Assembly (NCBI RefSeq): GCF_009914755.1 | Contig: NC_060937.1 | Strand: one strand, 5' to 3' | DNA from: the human T2T-CHM13v2.0 reference genome, Homo sapiens | Length of the DNA: 64,000 nt | Shown: positions 54,754 through 64,000 of the stretch, piece after piece | How the letters are laid out: each line of letters opens with the position of its first letter | Numbering within the stretch: the stretch's first letter is position 1 | The notes under the pieces: model-generated | Seen by the model: only the letters and a program-made list of their open reading frames with translations | Databases searched by the model: none | Told to the model about the DNA's origin: nothing | Made by a program: the position numbers and the translations under genes

Positions 54754-54866
54754 ATATTTATTTATTTATTTTTATATTTTATTCATTTTTTTGAGACAGG
54801 GTCGTCCTCTGTTGACCTGGTTGGAGTGCAGTGGCATGATCACGGCTCACTGCAGCCTTGACCCCC
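54754..54866 (-). mobile_element. Truncated AluJ/FLAM fragment
   Basis: gagacagggtc..gcatgatcacggctcactgcagccttgacc, then the Alu similarity ends. Confidence 0.8.
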
Positions 54867-56499
54867 TAAATGACTTAATATCTCAGTTCAAACTGTAGAT
54901 TTTGAAAAAGAAGGTATTCAGTTATTACTGAATGTGACTAAAGCAGGATGGAAGAAGTTATCTGATTTTTCAATAATATGATTGTCCAGTTAATTTTTTT
55001 CTAACTTTAAGGAATTCTGGAAATATTAAATATTCACATTACATAGTTTGAAGAGGAGTGATATAAATTGTTATCTCCAATTTTTTTCTCCTGCTTCAAC
55101 TTACTGGTTCTATTTCTAAGATGCAAAACAAAGTAATGGAGGAAAGAAGAGCATACAAAGAAAATATTTTGGAAGTATTTCTTCAGGGTGCTTAGGCAGC
55201 TTTCACTTAGGAATGTTCAGAAAGTATATGCCATGCTCTCAGAACATCTCCATGAACTCAGGCAGCAGAAAGAAGCAACATGATGAGTTTCCAGTGTCAG
55301 TCATGAGCATTTACCAGAAAGCCTTAATAAACTGAAGAGCTTTGCAGAGCCTGCAAATCATATTTATAAGCCAATATGAACTTTCTCCAATAATATAAAG
55401 GAAAACCAAAGAAAATTGAAAGAGAAATTCAGTGGCTTAACTTGTGGAATCTGACCACATAATTATTAAAGACCATGGACACTGCATTTTTATGTTTTAC
55501 TTTTTGGAAAAGACAGCTTGAGTTAATCCAATAGTCCCCCAAACTCTATTGAATGTGATTACAGCATAAGGTTTATATGAAATAGCTACTAGTGAAAGAA
55601 CAAAAAATTTGAAAAGTGGATGAAACTAGGCCTACACTGTTACTCTGTGATTTATTAGTGCTTCATTCCACTGAGGGTATAATTTTTCTGTCTACATTTA
55701 ATAGTTTCTACTATTTTTCTATAATCAGAAAAAAATAACTAAAACTGCATATCTCACTGGTCCATATTGAATGCAGATTTAATGTTAGACAATGTCAATG
55801 AGTGGGAAAATGCAATTATTCTCATGGCAGCAACTCTTAATTTAGGTTATCTCCCAACAAGCTGTTGGCTATTTCAAAAAATTAAAATACTCAATCCAAA
55901 ACCATCTTGAGATATGTATGGTAATGCTAGACTTTTTCTCATAGCCTTGTATTTAGAACTTAACATTTCTTAAAATTCTTGTTTCTTAGCAAATTGGCAG
56001 AGTTGCTGGCTTGAAGAAAATTGTTAAATTTCTGAAAAGACCATGTGTATTTTATTTTAATGTTCATCATATGTATCTTTTCCAGGAAAAGTAGTTAAAA
56101 TTTGGCTTCTATATTCATATAGATGAAGGCAGCTTAGAGGCAATTTAGCTCATTCTTCTGTGTTAAGCAGTGACTATTTCCTCTGAGCAATATCAGTCTG
56201 ATAAAAATCAATTCTGCTTTTCACAGACTTCTATAACAAGTTACTGCAAGAACCTTTTCATCGAATAACAGTGTGCAAATTTCTTCATTGTATTTAATTT
56301 TTTTTTCAGTTTATCTCACCATCATAAAGGCAGAAAGAAATTTCAGGGATAATTTATCCACCCCAGTGTTTTTATATAAAAAAGTAACTGAATCTTTTAG
56401 ATAGCTTGTTGTCTCTTCTATTTTTAAAGATCTTTGCTTGAAAGTTTGCTCAAGAAACACCATGCATATTTGACATCATAAGGAAAGAAATGGTAAGAA

Positions 56500-56670
56500 T
56501 TTTCAGACAAAGATTCTAAAGTTATAAAAGACTGGGCTACAACTGTTTTCTAAATTTGTAGTCTTGGATAAGTTATTTCAATTCTGATGCTATATTTTCT
56601 CATCTGTAAAATAACAATGATAGTACACCCTTATGTTTGTTAAAATAATTAATTGCTATAATTCAAGTAG
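56500..56670 (+). mobile_element. MIR fragment
   Basis: cttggataagttattt..ttttctcatctgtaaaata. Confidence 0.55.
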
Positions 56671-57802
56671 AGTTCATATTTATTTATAATAGGAACATTG
56701 CTTTCCTGACAAAGGTTGTACTAAATTTAACTTTCTATAAAGGTAAAGTCAGTATTTCATATAGGTAAGCTGGGAATTCATTTATGAGATATGGTTTAGC
56801 AAAAAATACTATAAATTAAAGGTAAAAGTATGTTAAATTATAATTACCACATCATACTCCAATAAGGGTTATGATTAGTTTGATCCAGGTTAAAAACTAT
56901 TTTTATGGAATATTAATCGAAATGCTCATTTCAGGCAAGCATCTTGTCTACAAAAAATTCTGACAATGACTTTTCAAACTTTATATAAAATTTCTAAGAA
57001 TGAAGACACTGCTATCTTTATAAACACTAGTCTGTCTTCAAATAACTATAAAGAAGTTTATGCCAACATTTCATTGTAATTCCCTCCTGTAATTTCTACC
57101 CATTTGTGTCGATTATAATCCTTAGATATTAATCCCTCAATCTCATGATAGTTATTCTAATATTTAATGATATCAAGCTCCATTCTCTACTATTTTTCCC
57201 TTCAAATTAAATCTCCCTTCAGTCATTGTTTACCTCACATAATTAAAATTCAAGTTATCTCATAACCACATTAATCCTTGATAAATGTAATCTATTTAGT
57301 CCACCAAACACTTGAGTTAGCAGCTAGGAATTGTTCTTTCCTTCTTTGATCCCCTTCCCTTCCTTAAAGGCAAGGCTCTAGCCCTATGTATATATTATGT
57401 TCTATCTTGCAAGTTTTGATTATAAACCAATCTGCGTTCCTATATTCGCTAATGGCGGACATAAAGTATGATATGTCCTAAGGTAATTTACTTTCTAAGG
57501 AGAATCTTGATATGCAAAACACATTAAAGTACAAAGTAAACTCTAATGGTGGGGTGAAGTTTTATGATGTGATCATAATTTAGAAAGAGACTCAGTTCAG
57601 GGCTATATCAAATGACAATACAGAGAAAGTTCCTCATTCTAACTACTCACAAAGGGTCATATTCTTTTAAAGATATATTGAGACAGACTATCAAGATTTC
57701 TCTAATTATCCATAGGGATTTTGCTACAGATACCAAAGCCCATGGCCATTTTAGTCAGAGAATATTAGGACAGCATGGCATCTTTGTGATTATTTACCAC
57801 TC

Positions 57803-57928
57803 TTTTTTTGTTTTGTTTTGTTTTGTGTTTGTTTTTGTTTTTGCTTTTGTTTTGAGACGGAGTCTTGCTCTGTCGCCCAGGCTGGAGTGCAGTGGCGCGA
57901 TCTCGGCTCACTGCAAGCTCCGCCTCCC
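57803..57928 (-). mobile_element. 5'-truncated AluY (~76-bp body plus patterned tail)
   Basis: gagacggagtcttgctctgtcgcccagg..ggcgcgatctcggctcactgcaagctccgcctccc; flanked by ttacca at 57794 and 57929. Confidence 0.88.
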
Positions 57929-59667
57929 TTACCATTACAGTTGGCTGAAGTAATGCCCAGAAAACTTTAGAAATTTGTACAAGTTCATACACTTAGTTCA
58001 CTCAGAAGATGTGCCTTACTTAAATCCAGGCATCCTGAGACTTAGGCCCATTTTAGTTCTATTAACTTCTTGTCGATACAAATAATCACTTATGGATGAG
58101 AAAGGATAATTTTATTTCAATTTATATTTAAAGAGATACATTAGTAGAACTTTATGTTTGCTATAGAGTATATAATTTGCTAATGATGATATTAGAATCA
58201 TCTAAGTTGTCTTTGACACGTGTTTGTGCTCTTTTTGAGAGTTAATTTCTGTGCAATCACAAATTTAATTGGAATTTACAATTAATAGGTAGACTTCTGC
58301 CTTTGTGAGCCATTCAAATTCAATAGTGTCTAATGACTATTTGATTGTCATCATCAATACAATATGTATTGTCAAGCATATACCTATATCATGCAGTCAT
58401 TTTAAAAATTAACACTAAATTTTATGCCAAAGGGTTAATCATTGAGAATTGAGAATAGTTGTTCAGGCAACTGTGATATGTGTTGTTTGATGTGTGAGTT
58501 GCTGTGATTAAAACAATGGCCTTCAGTTTGCAGTGCCATCAGCCTGGTACATGTCACTAATACTGAATTCATTTTTTAGAGCAGAACCATACATCCAACT
58601 TACATTGCAATTACTGCAGAGGAAGAGAGATGGAGAAGTTAAAATGAAACATTTCAAGGATGAATGGGCACTGAAAATTGGTAAAGTGGCAGAAAAGTCC
58701 AAGCTTGAAGAATGAAAAAGTAAATGTATGGAGAAAAAGGAGTTTGGAAAACAGGAAAAAAAAAGATATTTTGCAGAAACATCTGTTTGCTGTTGCTAAA
58801 AATTTTAGCATTTAAATGTTCTCATTTGGGCTCTGAAGTTAGCACTTCCTTGAAGTAGTTAACACCTTTGCTATTGCTCCTGTTCAGCTACAGATCATTT
58901 TATGCAAGGCTGATTTTAACAAGAAAATGGTGCATTAATTTACAATGTGTTGAGTGTTTTAAAAGTGGCAAAATCTAGGCTTTTGTAAAATTTTAGAATC
59001 TGGAAAAAATAGAAATACTTATATAAAGCTCTTCAAAATACCAGAATGGCTTTATGCACAAAAAATTACATGCTGATTAAGAAAATTAGAAAATTCGGTA
59101 ATAAAAAAAGAAGTACATCTACCTCTAAGCCAATGGGTTTCCTATGACTCTCTAGAGTTTCTATTTAGTAGTGAGGCACATATAAACTTAGACACTATTG
59201 AAATATAATTTTTATTATAATCCCTCATAATTTTCTTCCTTCCCTACCTCTTCTCCCTCTTCTTTCTTCCACTGTCTTATTTTTTATTTCTATTTATTTC
59301 TTTCCTTTCCTTTTTTTCTCCATTGCCTCATTTTCTTTTTTCTGTCTCTTTTTTTTGTGTGTGTTTCAAATGTTTATTTGTGTTTTCATTTAAAATATAA
59401 ACTTGAAAGCAAAAAAAAAAAATGCCTGTTCAGGGTTCTTTCTCATCTCCCTCATTGGAGTAACTAATGTTTTGGAGCTTCATATTTCTGAAATATCTTA
59501 ATATTTCAGATGCAAATAAGATAAGTAATGGAGCATTTTGTGCATAATATATATACTTTTATATACTTTTTTGTAAATATCAAACTAATAGGCAAAATTG
59601 GCCTAAATTTATGAATGATGTTTCACTATTTAACACAATGAATTTCCCCCAATTAAAATTATAAATA

Positions 59668-60243
59668 CAGTAATTCCTCACTTAACATTGTTGACAGATT
59701 CTTGAAAACTATAATAAAATCTATTTTACCATAAGCCAATTGGTATATATCAGAGTTAAGTTCTCATGTCATATTTGGGTCACAAAAAAATCATCAAACC
59801 CTAAAAAATGACCCAAAACACTTTTAATATTAAACATTGAAACTAATGTAAGGTATACATACATTTAAGAAAGATTAATAAAAATAAGTATAATAATTAC
59901 TTACCCAGTTACTCCAGTTCAGGGTTGAGGGTCACCTAAGCCCATCTAGGCAGCTTGGGGTACATGGCAGGCACCAGCTCTGGACCAGATACTGACTCAT
60001 CTTGGGGTGCACTCACACATACACCTACAGACACTCAGATGGGACAATCTAGACACACAAATTCACCCAATTTGTATACCTTGGGATGTAAGAGGAAACT
60101 GGAGTACCTGGAAAAACCCAGGTAGACATGGGGAGAATATGCACTCTATTCAGACAGTAGCCTCAGCCAAGAATTAATTATTTCCTCATCAATATCATAA
60201 CAAAATGACACTGAATGTAATAATGTTATTTGAGTACCTGCTA
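59668..60243 (-). mobile_element. MER6A (TcMar-Tigger) element
   Basis: ta|cagtaattcctcacttaac...gaggaaactggagtacctggaaaaaccca..gacatggggagaa..ttatttgagtacctgcta|ta. Confidence 0.8.
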
Positions 60244-60375
60244 TATAAAGTTGGGGACTTCTATTGGCTAAATATTGAAGTTGAAAAAGGCTACTTTTCT
60301 GATACAATAATTACTCTCTCTTGTCAAAGTACCAAGATAATTGAACACAAAAGAACATAAACACTATTTGGGTGC

Positions 60376-60701
60376 TGTTTGAGTCTGTTTTTGCCACTGT
60401 AATAGAACACCTGAGACTGGGTAATTCATAAAGAGCAGAAACGTATTTTTCATAGAGTGAAGGCTGAAAAGTCCAAGATCAAGGTGCTGGTAGGTTCTGT
60501 TGTCTGGTAAGGGCTGCTATCTGCTTCCCAGGAAGACAGAATGGTAAGCTAACTGAAGGTGGCCTGTAGCCTCTCTAATAAGGGCCTTTGAGACATCCAC
60601 GAGGGAGAAGCCCTCCTGGTCTAATTACCGCTCAACATCTCACTTCTTAATGCAATCACATTGACAATATCTGAATTTTGAAACATATTCAAACCACAAC
60701 A
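60376..60701 (-). mobile_element. MST-family (MSTB/C/D-like) MaLR LTR
   Basis: cacctgagactgggtaatt..aagtccaagatcaagg..cattcaaaccacaaca-type end. Confidence 0.75.
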
Positions 60702-61269
60702 ATTGCTTTATAGACTAAAATTATAATATGTAGTAGAGAAAGGATATTGTACTTGTTTTACACATTTGGGGCGGACACTAGACTCCAAAGTATATATGGC
60801 CAAGAAAAATAACTGAGACACAGATTTATTATTATTTTAATATTTGTAGGTGGGAAAATTAAGATAAGGAAAGGTATTAACGTACACTAAGAAAAACATT
60901 AGTAAGGATAGCAACAAATTTTTCAAATGACAAACTAAACTCATGAGTGATAATGGAAACAGTGAGTTATGTTACAAAGCAGATTATGTGCTGCTTTAAA
61001 CCTAGGTTGCTTTAGCACTACCTGCCAGTCAAACCCTTATTCCCTGAGCCACTATCCAGACCAGAATAAGGAGCATCTAAGGACTATGCTCTGCCATATG
61101 GTCGATTTCCTAGAAAATTTAATTAGGAAATACAAATAATTATTTTCTGAATTTATGATAGTTCACTATAATTACAGAAAAGTCCTCAAAGGACATGAAG
61201 AGTTATTGTACATAAATTTAATTGATATAACTATAAAGATGGCTATAGATAGGAAGATAGAAGAGATAG

Positions 61270-61270
<1 letters not shown>

Positions 61271-61317
<47 letters not shown>
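61271..61317. repeat. (GATA)11 tetranucleotide STR
   Basis: Direct count, with degenerate units upstream. Confidence 0.95.
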
Positions 61318-61931
61318 GAGTAGGAGAGTGGACTATTCATTTGTGGCAGGTATTTGCAGAAATTACACTATACTCAGCTCTAGCCTTTCTCATTTTTTAA
61401 TAACATCCTAATACCTAATGGATTTACAAATCTACTGCATTCTTACACTGAGTAAAATTCTGTAAGTAAATAAACACAACTTTCACTAAACCAGTAATGT
61501 GATTTTTGCTGTAAAGCAAAAATACTGAAGACATGCTCTTACTTATACATGCCCAAATTGAAGGAATGCAAAGCTACAACAATCTAAGTATAAACAGTTG
61601 AGTGAGCCTCTGGGAATAGAGAAATAGAAGTAGAGTACCAAACATATCCTGAAGAAGTTAGAGTGATTATACTTTTTCCAGACCTTCTCACTTTTTAAAA
61701 TATATTTACATTGGGCTAAGGATATGCTTTGCACTTAGATTACAAATCAATTCTGCACTGGGTTTCTTGTTTTCTTTTTAACTTATCTGTTAATCTAAAT
61801 TTTTCTTTCTTGTATCTGCTTCTTATTCCTACTTGATCACGGTTTTATTTATGTATTTCACTTTTTACCTTTGTCTTTTTTATGCATTGCTTCTCCACCT
61901 GTAATTGTAAGCTAGTGCAAATAAGCACACA

Positions 61932-62361
61932 TGTTGTAGGATCTCCCAGGTCCCCTGGCTTTTTCTCTTGTCCTGACCTAGAAACAAAGAGTGCCTTGAA
62001 CATTTCTGGGCACCGAGGAAGGTGTTTAGGTAGTTTCCCAAAACACTGAAAGAAACTAGCCCCAGCCCTGAGCCAAATTCCTTAAACTCTCATATAAACT
62101 CCCTATCCTGACACCCGTGTGGCAGACATGCCCTAGGTTGAGCATCTCTTTTTCTTGTTGTCTGCCCAAAGAGATGCTGCAGCACTCTGTAAGTAGGTTC
62201 TCTTAATAAATGCTTTGACTGATTACCCTGGTGTCCAGTGTGCTTTTCTTTGCAATCTAAATTGACCCCATTTCAGGACAATTTGGGTTACTCTCTTGTG
62301 GGAACTCCCCTACCACTGCTTTTGGGGAAACTCTAGCCACAAGTTCATCCGAGACAAAACA
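61932..62361 (+). mobile_element. LTR47-like ERVL solo LTR
   Basis: TG..CA ends; actagccccagccctgagccaaattccttaaac; TATA-like catataaa at 62091; aataaa at 62205. Confidence 0.6.
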
Positions 62362-62389
62362 TATACACATAAAACTATAATTCTGCCTT

Positions 62390-63043
62390 TGTAACCACCC
62401 AATAGGTTCCTCCTGTCTGCTGCACAAATAAAGACCACAACATTGCAGTAAAGAAAGACTTCAAGTGATGAGAGACCCCCACACCACATGGGAGATAGAG
62501 TTGCACCTCAAATCAATCTCCCCAAAATTTGAGGATCAGGGTTCTTAAGGATAATTTGGGTGGCAGGGGGACAGAAAGTAGAGAGTGGTGATTATTGAGT
62601 CAGAGATAAAATCACAGGGAGTTGAAGCTGTCTTTTACAGTTAGTCAGTTCCTGGGTGGGAGCCACAAGACCAGATGAACCAGTTTATCAATTGGGGTGA
62701 CATCAGCTGGTGCCTCAGAATGCAGTCTGCAAAATATCTCAAAAACCCATTGCAAGTTTTATAGCAGTTACTCCTAAACCATGATTTCTAATTTCGTGTC
62801 TAATTTCTTAGTCCTGAAAAGGCAGCCTAGTTCCCAGATAAGAAAAGGGTTTGTTTCGGGAAATGGCTGTTATTGTTCTTGTTTCAGAATTAAACTATAA
62901 ACTAGGTTCCTCCCAAAGTTAGTTTGATATATGCCCAGGAATGGATAAGGACACTTTGGAGGTTAGAAGCAAGATGGAGTCAGTGAGGTGAGATCTCTTT
63001 CACATAATAATTTTCTGTTATAATTTTTGCAAAGGTGGTTTCA
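62390..63043 (-). mobile_element. LTR8-family ERV1 LTR
   Basis: Reverse complement starts tgaaaccacctttgcaaaaattataac..gactccatcttgcttctaacctccaa and ends ggtggttaca. Confidence 0.85.
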
Positions 63044-63299
63044 TCTGTATTTCTGCATCCAAATTTCTTATTAATTTACTCCAAGCTTACTGAATTTTGC
63101 CAAATCTAGATAGAATAACTGAATAATTACTCATTAAATCTGTAATTCAGACTTCTTTCTTTGTTTATGGGAAAATAATATTCAACTCCCTTCCTGTGTG
63201 AGAATCCTTCTTCTGAAGGAGGTGCATTCAATGACTAGAAATGTAGAATGAGACCCTGATAAATGAAAATGTAAAGAGGACAAAACGATGTCGTGATTT

Positions 63300-63985
63300 T
63301 TATTGCTAACTCATTTGGCTTGTTTTTTAAGCTCTTTTCCCTCAGCTTCGAAACATCCCTTCTCTACTCTGCTGCGTGAGGTGAGGCTAGGGCTGGGGCT
63401 CTGTAAAACACATTTCTACTTCCCTAGCTCCTTTATTCATGCTCCTTTAGACTCAAGAAAGAGCACTTGAAGGAAACCTAAATGTTAGAAGAGAAAGAAA
63501 AAAACAATCTATTTTCTTTGAACCAGCAACATTTCTTTACCCTGACAGTGGCAGTTCGTTCCTACAGTGGCAGTTGGTTCCGATTCGGGTTTCTCCTATA
63601 TTTTTAGAATAAGTCTCCATATTTCCCCTCAGAAGAACAAGCTGAGCCTTTTTTTCAGAGATCCAGCCTTGAGTTCCACAAGCCCCTACTCCAATTTGTC
63701 AAGGTTTAATAATTCCAACTACTTCCCACCCTAGTGGTGGTAGCTGAGTCCTGCAGTTACTATCTGTGTGTTCTCTCACTGTCTCTCTTTTTTCTTTTTC
63801 TTTTCACTCCTCCAATTATATATATATATATATATGTGTGTGTATATATATATACACACATATACGTATATATATACACATATATACATATATACACATA
63901 TATATACACACACATATATATATATAATTTTCTGTTAAAATAATGAAGTTGTCTCAGATGTTCTGTCTGGATCCTACCGTATATA
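63300..63985 (+). mobile_element. LTR33-like ERVL LTR containing a (TA/CA)n tract at 63818-63926
   Basis: cccttctctactctgct..gctggggctctgtaaaacacatttct..; 3' end ttctgtctggatcct. Confidence 0.5.
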
Positions 63986-64000
63986 CTTTTTTTTTATTTC

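Noticed and set aside
55120-55340. Terminal-exon-like peptide NVQKVYAMLSEHLHELRQQKEAT* with aataaa, and a C/D-box-like atgatga..ctga
   Set aside because: Weak acceptor, no recognisable protein and no terminal stem; compatible with chance.

Overview
AT-rich primate genomic DNA, most likely human and either intergenic or deep intronic. AluJ, AluS and AluY copies plus HSMAR1 indicate an anthropoid/catarrhine genome. I see no credible protein-coding gene, RNA gene or CpG-island promoter. The recognisable ORFs in the track fall inside repeats (L1, MER52, HSMAR1, Alu, simple repeats) and the rest look like chance ORFs. The window is a layered record of transposable elements: L1, L2, MIR, CR1/L3, an RTE-X/L4 fragment, nine Alus, MaLR/ERV1/ERVL LTRs, a decayed ERVL pol region, a near full-length HSMAR1, MADE1, Tigger3a, MER6A and MER20. 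Subfamily names come from my recollection of consensus sequences and need RepeatMasker/Dfam confirmation. I did not find a new multi-gene biological system. The most unusual signals are (i) a complex templated insertion in Tigger3a made of two snap-back hairpins and a ~229-bp copy of DNA from 1.3 kb downstream, (ii) an 11-nt snap-back insertion in a nearby Alu, and (iii) an ungapped 96-nt palindrome in sequence I cannot assign to a repeat.
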